Below are positions 19,660 through 29,266 of a stretch of DNA of 40,757 bases, piece by piece (the stretch's first letter is position 1; every line of letters begins with the position of its first letter). Made by a program: the position numbers and the translations under genes. A model generated the notes under the pieces. The model did no database searches. It was not told the origin of the DNA and saw only the letters and a program-made list of their open reading frames with translations. The stretch covers positions 1 through 40,757 of the forward strand of contig RFHC01000074.1 of NCBI GenBank assembly GCA_003696505.1. Direction: 5' to 3'. The DNA is from Deltaproteobacteria bacterium. Its GTDB lineage: Bacteria > Desulfobacterota > Deferrimicrobia > J040.

Positions 19660-20352
19660 ATGAAGGCCGCCGTCTGCGTTTTCCCCGGTTCAAACTGCGA
19701 CCACGACTGTTATCACGTCCTGAAGCACGTGATGGGACTGGACACGGAATTCGTCTGGCACCGGGAAAGGGACCTTTCCCGGTTCGACATCATCGTCGTC
19801 CCGGGCGGTTTTACGTACGGGGACTACCTGAGGACGGGCGCGATGGCCAAGCTCTCTCCCATAATGGAGGGGATAACGGAGGAGGCGAAGAAGGGAAAGC
19901 CGGTCATCGGAATCTGCAACGGCTTTCAGATACTCATCGAGGGAGGACTCCTTCCGGGGGCCCTCATCGCCAACAGGTCGCTCAAGTTCATCTGCTCCTA
20001 CGTTTACCTGAGGACGGAAACGTCGAACACGCCCTTCACGGCCGGGATAGAGAAAGGGCGGGTCCTGAAGATTCCCATCGCACACTATCAGGGGAACTAT
20101 TTCGCACATCCCGACCTCTTGAAAGAACTGAACGACAACGACCAGGTGGTCTTCCGTTACTGTTCTCCCGAGGGGGAAGTGACGGATGAGGCGAATCCGA
20201 ACGGCTCCCTGGAGAACATTGCGGGTGTCTGCAACCGGGAGAGGAACGTCGTCGGGATGATGCCCCACCCGGAGAGGTGCGCCGAGAGGGAACTGGGCTC
20301 GGTGGACGGTCGCCTCCTTTTCGAATCGGTCGTGAATTACGTGGCAGGGTGA
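19660..20352 (+). CDS. purQ: FGAM synthase glutaminase subunit PurQ
   Basis: [37 protein letters not shown]. Confidence 0.97.
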   Translation: MKAAVCVFPGSNCDHDCYHVLKHVMGLDTEFVWHRERDLSRFDIIVVPGGFTYGDYLRTGAMAKLSPIMEGITEEAKKGKPVIGICNGFQILIEGGLLPGALIANRSLKFICSYVYLRTETSNTPFTAGIEKGRVLKIPIAHYQGNYFAHPDLLKELNDNDQVVFRYCSPEGEVTDEANPNGSLENIAGVCNRERNVVGMMPHPERCAERELGSVDGRLLFESVVNYVAG

Positions 20353-20356
20353 GGAG

Positions 20357-22579
20357 ATGCGGGAAGAGGTGAAAATCACGCCGGAACTCATCAGGGAACA
20401 CAATTTGACGGATGAGGAGTACGAGAGGATTCTCCAGATTCTCGGGAGGGAACCGACCCTGACTGAACTGGGAATCTTCTCGGTGATGTGGAGCGAACAC
20501 TGCAGTTACAAATCATCGAAGGTTCACCTGAAAAAGTTTCCCACAAAAGGACCCTATGTCATACAGGGGCCGGGGGAAAACGCCGGCGTTATTGACATAG
20601 GACACGGGCTCGCCGCCGTTTTCAAGATGGAGTCCCACAATCACCCATCATTCATCGAGCCCTACCAGGGCGCAGCCACCGGGGTTGGGGGAATTCTCCG
20701 GGACGTTTTCACGATGGGCGCCAGGCCGATAGCTCTCCTCGACTCTCTCCGCTTCGGAAATCCCTCTGAGCCGAGGACGAGGTTCCTCGTGGACGGGGTC
20801 GTTGCGGGGATTGCCGGATACGGCAACTGCATCGGAATTCCCACCGTGGGCGGGGAGGTCTACTTCGAGGATTGTTACAACGGGAACATCCTGGTGAACG
20901 TCTTCACCGTCGGAATTGCCAGGAAAGAGAGAATTTTCAAGGGGGTTGCCGAGGGAGTGGGGAATCCCGTCATCTACGTCGGGGCGAAAACGGGGAGAGA
21001 CGGGATTCACGGTGCGACGATGGCTTCAGAGGAGTTCGACGAAGAGTCTGAAGAGAAGCGCCCGACCGTCCAGGTGGGTGACCCATTCATGGAAAAACTC
21101 CTCCTGGAAGCCTGCCTCGAACTGATGAAGAGGGATGTCATCGTCGGTATTCAGGACATGGGTGCGGCAGGACTGACGAGTTCATCCTTCGAAATGGCGG
21201 GAAGGGCCGGAAACGGGATTGAACTCGACCTTGACAGGGTCCCTCTTCGGGAAGAGGGGATGACGCCATACGAGATTATGCTCTCCGAATCGCAGGAGAG
21301 GATGCTCCTCGTTGCGAAGAAGGGGAGAGAAGACGAGGTCATAGAGGTTTTCAAAAAGTGGGACCTGGACGCCGTCGTCGTCGGCAGGGTCACCGACGAC
21401 GGTTACGTCCGCGTCAGGCAGGGGGGAAAGGTCGTGGCCGAGCTTCCCGTCGCTCCTCTGACGACGGATGCTCCCGTTTACGACCGGCCGTGGAAGAGGC
21501 CCGCAGACCAGGACGAACTGCAGAAGCTCGACCTCTCCTCTGTCCCTGTCCCGGAAGACCTGGGAGAGGTCTGGAAGAGACTCCTCGGTTCCCTCGAGGT
21601 CTGCGACAGGTCGTGGATATACCGTCAGTACGACCACATGATCCGGACGAACACGGTTGTGCTTCCCGGCTCTGACAGCGCCGTCCTTCGGGTGAAGGGG
21701 ACTCCTCTGGGGCTCGCAATTTCCGTCGACTGCAACCCCCGTTACTGCTACCTGGACCCCCGCCTAGGGGCTCAGATAGCCGTCGCTGAGTCCGCGAGAA
21801 ACGTGGCCGTCGCCGGCGCCAAACCCCTGGCCATAACGGACTGCCTCAATTTCGGAAATCCCGAAAAGCCGGAAGTGATGTGGCAGTTCAAGGAAGCTGT
21901 GGAGGGAATGGCACACGCCTGCAGTGTCCTCGAGACGCCGGTCGTTTCCGGAAACGTCAGCTTCTACAACGAGACGATGGGGAAAGGAATCTATCCCACG
22001 CCAACGGTTGCGATGGTGGGAGTCATATCCGATTACCTCAACGCCGTCACCCAATACTTCAAGGGAGAGGGGCACTTCATTTACCTGGCCGGTCCGGACC
22101 CGTCTGGAGAGGACCTGGGCGGGTCCCTTTACCTCAAGGAGATTCACGGAATGGTCAGAGGAATCCCCCCCTCTCTGGACCTGGCATTTGAGAAAAAGCT
22201 TCACAAATTCCTCGTGGAGGGGGCAAAGAGGTTTTACTTCTCTTCTGCCCACGACGTGTCGGAAGGGGGGATAGCCGTTGCTCTGGCGGAGTGCTGCTTC
22301 ACGGACGAGGGACCGGTCTGCGGGTTTCGCGTTTCTCTCCCGTGGAAGGGAAGGGAAGACGCACTCCTCTTCGGGGAAACACAGGGGCGTGTTATAATAA
22401 CCGTAACTTCCGAAAGGGAGGACGATTTCCTTAAGTTTTCCGAGGAGATGGGCATTCCCGTCCGAAAGATCGGGATTACCGGCGGAAATGAACTCCACAT
22501 CGAGGGACTCGCCTCTTTGAGCCTCCAGGAAGGTTATGAAATCTGGAAGAGGGCTTTTCGGGAAAAACTGGGTCTGTAA
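20357..22579 (+). CDS. purL: FGAM synthase subunit PurL (small type)
   Basis: [47 protein letters not shown]. Confidence 0.97.
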   Translation: MREEVKITPELIREHNLTDEEYERILQILGREPTLTELGIFSVMWSEHCSYKSSKVHLKKFPTKGPYVIQGPGENAGVIDIGHGLAAVFKMESHNHPSFIEPYQGAATGVGGILRDVFTMGARPIALLDSLRFGNPSEPRTRFLVDGVVAGIAGYGNCIGIPTVGGEVYFEDCYNGNILVNVFTVGIARKERIFKGVAEGVGNPVIYVGAKTGRDGIHGATMASEEFDEESEEKRPTVQVGDPFMEKLLLEACLELMKRDVIVGIQDMGAAGLTSSSFEMAGRAGNGIELDLDRVPLREEGMTPYEIMLSESQERMLLVAKKGREDEVIEVFKKWDLDAVVVGRVTDDGYVRVRQGGKVVAELPVAPLTTDAPVYDRPWKRPADQDELQKLDLSSVPVPEDLGEVWKRLLGSLEVCDRSWIYRQYDHMIRTNTVVLPGSDSAVLRVKGTPLGLAISVDCNPRYCYLDPRLGAQIAVAESARNVAVAGAKPLAITDCLNFGNPEKPEVMWQFKEAVEGMAHACSVLETPVVSGNVSFYNETMGKGIYPTPTVAMVGVISDYLNAVTQYFKGEGHFIYLAGPDPSGEDLGGSLYLKEIHGMVRGIPPSLDLAFEKKLHKFLVEGAKRFYFSSAHDVSEGGIAVALAECCFTDEGPVCGFRVSLPWKGREDALLFGETQGRVIITVTSEREDDFLKFSEEMGIPVRKIGITGGNELHIEGLASLSLQEGYEIWKRAFREKLGL

Positions 22580-22593
22580 AGGAAGCTGGTGAG

Positions 22594-24021
22594 ATGGCGT
22601 TCGAGCTGAGGGAAGAATGCGGGATATTCGGGGTCTTCGGCCATCCCGAGTCGTCAAAGCTCACCTACCTGGGGCTCCACGCACTCCAGCACAGGGGTCA
22701 GGAGTCGGCGGGAATCGCTTCCTCGGACGGTGAATGCATATTCTTCCACAAAGAGATGGGCCTGGTGGCCGATATCTTCGACGAGGAGACCCTGGAAAAG
22801 CTCCCCGGACATCTGGCTATCGGCCACGTCCGGTATTCGACGACGGGGACTTCGGAGCTGAAAAACGCCCAGCCCATCGTCGTCGACTTCGAGCAGGGCT
22901 CTCTCGCAGTGGCTCACAACGGCAACCTCGTGAATGCCCACGTCCTGAGGAGGGAGCTCGAGAGGGAGGGCTCCATATTCCAGTCCTCCATGGATACGGA
23001 GGTTATCGTCCACCTCATCGCGCGCTCGAAGGAGGAACTCCTCGAGAACCGGATCGTCGACGCCCTTGAGAAGGTCAAGGGAGCCTATTCCCTCATCTTT
23101 CTCACGAGCGACAGGATGATCGGAGTCAGGGACCCTCACGGTTTCCGGCCCCTCGTCCTGGGAAAGGTGAAAAACGGGTGGGTTCTCAGTTCCGAGTCGT
23201 GCGCTCTCGACCTGATCGAAGGGGAGCTCGTGAGGGAGGTTGACCCGGGGGAGATGGTCATCATCGACGAGCGGGGAGTCACCTCTGTCAGGCCCTTTCT
23301 CCCTGCGCCCCAGAGGTTCTGCATCTTCGAGTTCGTCTACTTCTCCCGACCGGACAGCATCTTCATGGGAACGAGCGTGTACAACATCAGGAAGGAGATG
23401 GGGCGACAGCTGGCGAGAGAGCAGGGGGTGGATGCTGATATCGTCATTCCGGTCCCGGACTCGGGCCTTCCCGCAGCACTCGGATACTCGGAGGAGAGCG
23501 GCATCCCCTTCATGATGGGTCTTATCCGAAATCACTACGTAGGGAGGACTTTCATCGAGCCTCAGCAGTCGATTCGTCACTTCGGGGTCAAGCTCAAACT
23601 CAACGCAATCCGGGACGTCATCCAGGGGAAGAGGGTCATCGTCATCGATGATTCCATCGTGAGGGGGACGACGGGGAGAAAGATAATAAAGATGATTCGG
23701 GCGGCCGGAGCGAAGGAAGTCCACTTCAGAATCAGTTCTCCTCCTACCGAATATCCCTGCTACTACGGCATTGATACACCCATCAGGAGGGACCTCATCG
23801 CTGCCACTCACTCGATCGAGGAAATTAACAGATACCTTACTTCCGACACCCTCGGGTATCTCTCGGTCAGGGGACTTCACAGATGCTGTCCCGGACAGGG
23901 AGCGGACATTTACTGCGACGCCTGCTTCACGGGGAAGTATCCCGTCACCTTCGATTTCGCCGAGCAGGAGCAGCTGCACCTGTTCCGTTCACAACCGAGC
24001 GTGAAAATAAAGACCAGGTGA
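22594..24021 (+). CDS. purF: Amidophosphoribosyltransferase (Fe-S, propeptide type)
   Basis: Propeptide LREE|[32 protein letters not shown], and Fe-S cysteines in FCIFE, PCYYGID and YCDAC. Confidence 0.97.
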   Translation: MAFELREECGIFGVFGHPESSKLTYLGLHALQHRGQESAGIASSDGECIFFHKEMGLVADIFDEETLEKLPGHLAIGHVRYSTTGTSELKNAQPIVVDFEQGSLAVAHNGNLVNAHVLRRELEREGSIFQSSMDTEVIVHLIARSKEELLENRIVDALEKVKGAYSLIFLTSDRMIGVRDPHGFRPLVLGKVKNGWVLSSESCALDLIEGELVREVDPGEMVIIDERGVTSVRPFLPAPQRFCIFEFVYFSRPDSIFMGTSVYNIRKEMGRQLAREQGVDADIVIPVPDSGLPAALGYSEESGIPFMMGLIRNHYVGRTFIEPQQSIRHFGVKLKLNAIRDVIQGKRVIVIDDSIVRGTTGRKIIKMIRAAGAKEVHFRISSPPTEYPCYYGIDTPIRRDLIAATHSIEEINRYLTSDTLGYLSVRGLHRCCPGQGADIYCDACFTGKYPVTFDFAEQEQLHLFRSQPSVKIKTR

Positions 24022-24030
24022 GGGAGAAAG

Positions 24031-24588
24031 ATGGGGGAAAGGGAGAGATTGAGGAAACTCATCCAGGAACTCGCTTACGAGAAGGGAGAGGTGATTCTCG
24101 CCTCAGGGAAGAAGAGCGACTTTTACGTCGACTGCCGACAGGTGACCCTCCATTCGGAGGGGGGGTACCTGGTGGGGTCCGTTATTCTCGATATGCTGAC
24201 GAAGGGAGGAGAGCCCGTTGAGGCCGTCGGAGGGCTCACCATGGGAGCGGACCCCATGGTTACCTCCGTGAGCGTCCTCTCCCACATACGGGGAGTCCCC
24301 CTCCACGCCTTCATCGTCAGGAAAGAGGCGAAGAAACACGGGAAGGGGGCGTGGATCGAGGGGACGAAGAACTTGAGAGAAGGGATGAAGGTTGCGATAC
24401 TGGAGGACGTGGTCACGACGGGGGGCTCGACTCTCAAAGCGGTGGAGAAGGCGGAGGAGTTCGGACTGAAGGTTGAGAGAATCATCTGCCTCGTCGACAG
24501 GGAAGAAGGGGGAAGGGAGAACATCGAAAAGGCGGGATACCGGCTCGAATCGGTCTTCACGAGGAAGGAGATTACCGGTGAGGAGTGA
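24031..24588 (+). CDS. pyrE: Orotate phosphoribosyltransferase
   Basis: LASGKKSDFYVDCR, VRKEAKKHG, and the PRPP loop LEDVVTTGGS. Confidence 0.95.
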   Translation: MGERERLRKLIQELAYEKGEVILASGKKSDFYVDCRQVTLHSEGGYLVGSVILDMLTKGGEPVEAVGGLTMGADPMVTSVSVLSHIRGVPLHAFIVRKEAKKHGKGAWIEGTKNLREGMKVAILEDVVTTGGSTLKAVEKAEEFGLKVERIICLVDREEGGRENIEKAGYRLESVFTRKEITGEE

Positions 24589-25189
24589 GGGCGCCTTCTG
24601 GCTTCGCATTTCCGTTTTCATGCTCATTTTCACACTCGTCGCCGGATGTTCCCCGAAGAAAATCTCCCTTTACGAGAAGTTCCAGAGCTCGCGGGCATAC
24701 AAAAACGCCTACAGAAAAGCCACAAAGACGAAGAGGGTTTATTCAGGCCTCCAGACGGGATTCATTGTGTCGGTCACGAGACTGACTCCTGAATACAGGG
24801 AGGCCCTTCTCCGGGAAATTTACCGGATGTACTACCTGGACGAGGAGAGAAAGGAAAAATTCAGGAAATACGTGCTCGACGAGGGGAAGGGGAAGGAGAG
24901 GTTTTTCATCGCTCTCTACACCCCTGACGAAAATCTCAACGACCTCGATAAGGAAAACGGGCACTGGTCTATCCGACTCGTGACGGAGGACGACAGGGCT
25001 CTTCCCCCTCTCTCCGTAGAGAAAATCAAGTTTTCCCCCGAAGAGGTGAGCAGGCTATTCCCCCTCGAGGATACCAGGTGGTTCAGATTCTACGACGTCA
25101 CGTTTGATGCGGCATCGGGTGGGGATAAGCTGAAAGTTGTCCTCCTCTCGCCGGTTGGAAGGGCGGCCCTCGTTTACACTCCCGAATAG
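24578..25189 (+). CDS. Hypothetical lipoprotein
   Basis: In-frame GTG at 24578 after AAGGAG, a hydrophobic signal peptide with lipobox LVAG|C, and codon usage like its neighbours. Confidence 0.75.
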   Translation: MRSEGAFWLRISVFMLIFTLVAGCSPKKISLYEKFQSSRAYKNAYRKATKTKRVYSGLQTGFIVSVTRLTPEYREALLREIYRMYYLDEERKEKFRKYVLDEGKGKERFFIALYTPDENLNDLDKENGHWSIRLVTEDDRALPPLSVEKIKFSPEEVSRLFPLEDTRWFRFYDVTFDAASGGDKLKVVLLSPVGRAALVYTPE

Positions 25190-26796
25190 CGTTCGAGGCG
25201 AATCACTGTATCCTTCCGCATATTCTCGTCATCCCGGTAGGGGTAATCGATGTTGTAGTGGAGCCCCCGGCTTTCCTTCCGGGATATGGCGGACCGGATG
25301 ATGATGTCGGCCACGGTGGCGATGTTTCTCAGTTCGAGGAGGTCCGTGTTCAGGATGAAGTTCCAGTAATATTCCGATATTTCCCTCTTGATGAGGTCAA
25401 TCCGCTCCTTTGCCCTGTGGAGCCTCTTGTCTGACCGGACAATGCCCACGTAGTTCCACATGAGCCTGCGAATTTCGTCCCACGTGTGAGAGATGACGAC
25501 GAGCTCATCCGGGTCGATGGCGTTTCCCGGGTCCCACTTCGGCACCTGGATGTCCGTGACCTTTTTCCCGAGGTAGGTGCTCACCGCCTTCTCACACGCT
25601 CTTTTTGAGAAGACGAGGGCTTCCAGCAGGGAGTTGGAGGCGAGACGGTTTGCGCCGTGCAGGCCTGTGCAGGCCGTTTCTCCCACGGCGAAGAGCCTCT
25701 TCACCTCCGATTCGCCGTTTAAGTCCGTGAGGACTCCGCCGCACTGGTAGTGGGCGGCGGGGACAACGGGAATCGGTTCCTTCGTCATGTCGTACCCGAA
25801 CTGAAGGCATTTCTCGTAAATGTTCGGAAAACGGGACCTGATGAAGTCAGGATCTTTGAAGGAAATGTCCAGGAGGACGTAGTCGTCGCCCGTCTTTTTC
25901 AGTTCCGAATCGATGGCGCGCGCGACGATGTCCCGCGGAGCCAGTTCGGCCATCTCGTGGTAAGCCGGCATGAACCGCGTCCCGTCCTTTCTCAAAAGGA
26001 TGGCGCCTTCTCCCCTCACAGCTTCGGAGATGAGGAAGGACTTCGCCTGGGGGTGGTAGAGGCAGGTCGGGTGAAACTGGACGAATTCCATGTTTGCCAC
26101 TGCAGCCCCGGCCCTGTACGCCATGGCGACCCCGTCTCCGGTGGCGATGTCCGGGTTGCTCGTGTAGAGGTATACTTTTCCCGACCCCCCCGTGGCCAGG
26201 ACCGTCGCGTCTGCCAGGAAGGTGTGAATTTCGCCCGTTTCATTCTCCAGGACGTATGCGCCGAGGCATTCGTCGGGTCTGTACCGGTCAAACGACTGGA
26301 ACCTGTTCAGGGTAATCAGGTTAATGGCCGTGTGGTGTTCGAACACGTGGACCCTCGGGTGGGAGAGAGCTTTTTCCACCAGGACCCTCTCCACCTCTCT
26401 CCCCGTCAGGTCGGCAGCGTGGAAGATTCTCCTGTGGGAATGGCCCCCCTCCCTTCCCAGGTCGAAGTCCTCTCCGTTTTCCCCCTCCCTCTTCGTGAAT
26501 CGGACTCCCCAGTCGAGGAGCTCTTTTATCCTGTTTGGTCCGTCCCTGACGACCATTTCCACCACGTCTCTGTGGCAGAGCCCTGCCCCTGCAGTGATCG
26601 TGTCGCGGATGTGGTTGTCGAAACTGTCTTTTTCGTCCCACACCGTTGCTATCCCCCCCTGGGCGACGTTCGTGCTCGATTCCGTTATCCCCCTCTTCGT
26701 GATGATGTGGACTTCTCCGTGTTCTGCCGCCCGGAGGGCAAAGCTGAGTCCTGCGACTCCGCTGCCGATGACGAGAAAAGATGACCTGTACTCCAT
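25174..26796 (-). CDS. nadB: L-aspartate oxidase
   Basis: IGSGVAG, AQGGI, REGGHSHRRI, MEFVQFHPT, LISEAVRGEG, ELAPRD, PAAHYQCGG, GLHGANRLASNSLLE, RKESRGLH. Confidence 0.96.
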   Translation of the reverse strand: MEYRSSFLVIGSGVAGLSFALRAAEHGEVHIITKRGITESSTNVAQGGIATVWDEKDSFDNHIRDTITAGAGLCHRDVVEMVVRDGPNRIKELLDWGVRFTKREGENGEDFDLGREGGHSHRRIFHAADLTGREVERVLVEKALSHPRVHVFEHHTAINLITLNRFQSFDRYRPDECLGAYVLENETGEIHTFLADATVLATGGSGKVYLYTSNPDIATGDGVAMAYRAGAAVANMEFVQFHPTCLYHPQAKSFLISEAVRGEGAILLRKDGTRFMPAYHEMAELAPRDIVARAIDSELKKTGDDYVLLDISFKDPDFIRSRFPNIYEKCLQFGYDMTKEPIPVVPAAHYQCGGVLTDLNGESEVKRLFAVGETACTGLHGANRLASNSLLEALVFSKRACEKAVSTYLGKKVTDIQVPKWDPGNAIDPDELVVISHTWDEIRRLMWNYVGIVRSDKRLHRAKERIDLIKREISEYYWNFILNTDLLELRNIATVADIIIRSAISRKESRGLHYNIDYPYRDDENMRKDTVIRLERYSGV

Positions 26797-26853
26797 CTCA
26801 CGCTCCGATATTGGCTTTGTGTTGACAGGGGAAGAGCCCGTCTATTAGATAAT

Positions 26854-27450
26854 ATGTCTATGAAGACCACATTACAAGCTTGCCTCGTTTTTATCCTTAC
26901 AGGTTGTTTCTTCCTTTCTCTTTCACATTCAGATATTTACAGATTTGTCGATGAGAAGGGGATTGTCCACTACTCGGACTATCCGAAACATTCCGGATAC
27001 CGTCTCTACATGAAGACAGAAGAGGGGAAAGAGAGGGGGGATTCCTTTTCCCCGGACCGTTCCTGGCTGGTCAAGTACGCGGAAAGGGTGGCAGTGAGAG
27101 AGGGGGTAGACCCGAACCTCGTTCGAGCCGTCATGGTGGCGGAATCACAACTGCGGCACCAGGCGGTATCTGCGAAAGGTGCCGTGGGGGTGATGCAACT
27201 TCTTCCTTCATCTTTTCCCGGAGTCTCCCGGGAGGACCTTCTCGACCCGGTGAGAAACGTCTCCCTCGGGGTGAAACACCTGAAGAGGCTGCTCGATAAG
27301 TTCGGGGGGGATGTGAGGCTCGCCGTTGCAGCCTACAATGCGGGGGAGGGCGCCGTGGAGAAGTACGGGGGAATACCCCCTTTTGACGAAACACGGGCAT
27401 ATGTCGAACGGGTCATGACCCTTTACGTGAAGTACCGGAGCGGCCGATGA
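26854..27450 (+). CDS. Lytic transglycosylase (SLT domain) with signal peptide and DUF4124-like N-domain
   Basis: Signal peptide, IYRFVDEKGIVHYSD, AES (catalytic Glu), AVSAKGAVGVMQL, AAYNAG, IPPFDETRAYV. Alternative start ATG 26860. Confidence 0.9.
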   Translation: MSMKTTLQACLVFILTGCFFLSLSHSDIYRFVDEKGIVHYSDYPKHSGYRLYMKTEEGKERGDSFSPDRSWLVKYAERVAVREGVDPNLVRAVMVAESQLRHQAVSAKGAVGVMQLLPSSFPGVSREDLLDPVRNVSLGVKHLKRLLDKFGGDVRLAVAAYNAGEGAVEKYGGIPPFDETRAYVERVMTLYVKYRSGR

Positions 27451-27998
27451 GAGGGGGGAAGAACTTAAATCCGGCGAACCTCCTCACTCTGGTGAGGATT
27501 GTCATCATCCCCATCGTGGTGGTGCTCCTCCTCTTCCCGGGGAAGAAAGAGAGCCTGGCTGCAGGGGTCCTCTTCCTCGTTGCCTTCCTGACGGACGCCA
27601 TAGACGGGATGATAGCGCGGAGGTTCGAGATGGTAACGGACCTGGGGAAACTCCTCGACCCCCTGGCGGACAAGCTCCTCGTTTCCTCCTCGCTCATCAT
27701 GCTCATCCCCCATGGACGGGTCCCTGCGTGGATTGTGGCCATCATCGTTGCCCGGGAAATCGGCGTCACAGCCCTTAGGGGTATGGCGTCAGCCGACGGG
27801 AAGGTCATCTCTGCCTCTTCCCTGGGGAAGGTGAAGACCACGCTTCAGGCTGCGGGGACTTTCTGCCTCATCGTAAATTACCGGTACATGGGTATCGACT
27901 TTCACACGGCAGGGATGGTCCTCATCGTTCCTGCCCTCGTTCTGACCGCATGGTCCGGTGTCGACTACTTCGTCCGCTACTTGAGAGAGGTTTTCTGA
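27447..27998 (+). CDS. pgsA: CDP-diacylglycerol--glycerol-3-phosphate 3-phosphatidyltransferase
   Basis: NPANLLTLVRI, CDP-alcohol motif DAIDGMIAR...GKLLDPLADK, REI, GKVKT. Confidence 0.93.
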   Translation: MRGGKNLNPANLLTLVRIVIIPIVVVLLLFPGKKESLAAGVLFLVAFLTDAIDGMIARRFEMVTDLGKLLDPLADKLLVSSSLIMLIPHGRVPAWIVAIIVAREIGVTALRGMASADGKVISASSLGKVKTTLQAAGTFCLIVNYRYMGIDFHTAGMVLIVPALVLTAWSGVDYFVRYLREVF

Positions 27999-28180
27999 GT
28001 TTACGATTGTGTAATTATCTTTACCCAGAGGTGACAGGTTCGCATTTTTCGAAACACCCCTTTCCTTCCTCTCTCCTCCCTCAATCGTGACTCATTCTTT
28101 GTGATTCAACCCTTTCCGGAGATTTTCCCTTTTCCGATAATACTGGCACGCTCCCTGATATCCGTTTCCCCGGAGGGACC

Positions 28181-29008
28181 ATGTCAGGGAAGTGGGGATT
28201 CATCGACTGCAGGGGGAAGGTCGTCATTTTCCCCCGTTTTCGAGAGGCCGGGGATTTCTCCGCAGGGCTTGCCCGGGTTAGGGAAAACAGCCTGTGGGGA
28301 TACATCGACCGGAGGGGAGAGTACGCAATCCCCCCGGAATTTGAGGATGCTCTCGACTTCAGCGAGGGACTTGCCAGCGTCCAGGTCGGCGGAAAGTGGG
28401 GGTACATCGACAGTTCGGGCGAATTCCGCATCGACCCCCGGTTCGATTTCGCGGGGCGTTTCTCTGAAGGCCTGGCGCCGGTCCTGTCAGGAGGGGTCTG
28501 GTTTTTCGTTACCCCCCGGGGGGAAAGGTACAACCACATGCAGTTTGCCAATCTCTGGGGATTCTCTGAGGGGCTTGCGCCCGTCTCCATACGGGGTAAG
28601 TGGGGATACGTGGACAGGCGGGGCAAGTTGAAAATCAGACCCGTCTTCGAGGACGCCCGGAGTTTTCGTGAAGGTCTGGCGCGTGTCCGGGTCGGAAACA
28701 GGTGGGGTTTCATCACGGCGGCGGGGAAATTCGCAATCACTCCCGTGTTTGAAGATGCCGGGGACTTCTCTTCCTCGGTTGCGCCGGTCCGGGAGAGGGA
28801 GAGGTGGGGATTCATCACCCGCGAGGGGAGATACGTCATTACGCCCGGTTTCGAGTGCGCCGGGTCGCTGAAGGAGGGGAGAATCGCCATATCGTTTCGG
28901 GGGAAGTGGGGATACATCGACAGGGGGGGTGACATTCTCATTTCTCCCAGATATCTCTTCTGCGGAGACTTTTCGGAAGGCCTGGCCCGTGTCTGGGTGG
29001 GAGAGTAG
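28181..29008 (+). CDS. WG-repeat (KWG-type) protein made of eight 34-aa repeats
   Basis: Consensus GKWG(Y/F)ID..G...I.P.F..A..FSEGLA.V repeated 8 times without indels. GGAGG RBS upstream, and an in-frame stop at 28088. Confidence 0.88.
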   Translation: MSGKWGFIDCRGKVVIFPRFREAGDFSAGLARVRENSLWGYIDRRGEYAIPPEFEDALDFSEGLASVQVGGKWGYIDSSGEFRIDPRFDFAGRFSEGLAPVLSGGVWFFVTPRGERYNHMQFANLWGFSEGLAPVSIRGKWGYVDRRGKLKIRPVFEDARSFREGLARVRVGNRWGFITAAGKFAITPVFEDAGDFSSSVAPVRERERWGFITREGRYVITPGFECAGSLKEGRIAISFRGKWGYIDRGGDILISPRYLFCGDFSEGLARVWVGE

Positions 29009-29078
29009 ACGAAGGACCGGCACGGGGTTGACCCTTTTTCCCTATAGGACCGTTATTTCGGGAGAGAGAAAAAAAGAA

Positions 29079-29153
29079 TGGAGCGGGCGACGGGATTTGA
29101 ACCCGCGACTTCGACCTTGGCAAGGTCGCACTCTACCGCTGAGTTACGCCCGC
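29079..29153 (-). tRNA. tRNA-Gly (anticodon GCC), CCA encoded
   Basis: Reverse complement GCGGGCGTAACTCAGCGGTAGAGTGCGACCTTGCCAAGGTCGAAGTCGCGGGTTCAAATCCCGTCGCCCGCTCCA folds as a cloverleaf with anticodon stem CGACC/GGTCG and discriminator U. Confidence 0.97.
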
Positions 29154-29168
29154 TTTTCGTGATTTTTA

Positions 29169-29197
29169 TATTTATTCCATCTCACTCCTTTTGTCAA
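29169..29197 (-). promoter_or_regulatory. Putative sigma70 promoter for tRNA-Gly
   Basis: Minus-strand TTGACA (29197-29192), 17 bp, then TAAATA (29174-29169) in an AT-rich stretch 15 nt upstream of the tRNA 5' end. Confidence 0.6.
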
Positions 29198-29266
29198 CTC
29201 TTCAGGAGGAACTTCCTCAAGTTTTCTCAGGCGGGTCCGAAAATATTGTTGTAAACAGGAGAGATA

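Noticed and set aside
28001-28045. 14-codon minus-strand ORF (MRTCHLWVKIITQS) behind a purine-rich tract
   Set aside because: It is too short to support without conservation or ribosome-profiling data, and the RBS spacing is poor.
28144-28159. Sigma54-like TGGCACG upstream of the WG-repeat gene
   Set aside because: The -12 element reads CTGAT instead of TTGC(A/T), so the required GC is missing.
28181-29008. 102-bp periodicity resembling a CRISPR or DNA repeat array
   Set aside because: The repeats are degenerate at DNA level and conserved at protein level, so this is a coding WG repeat. There are no cas genes.
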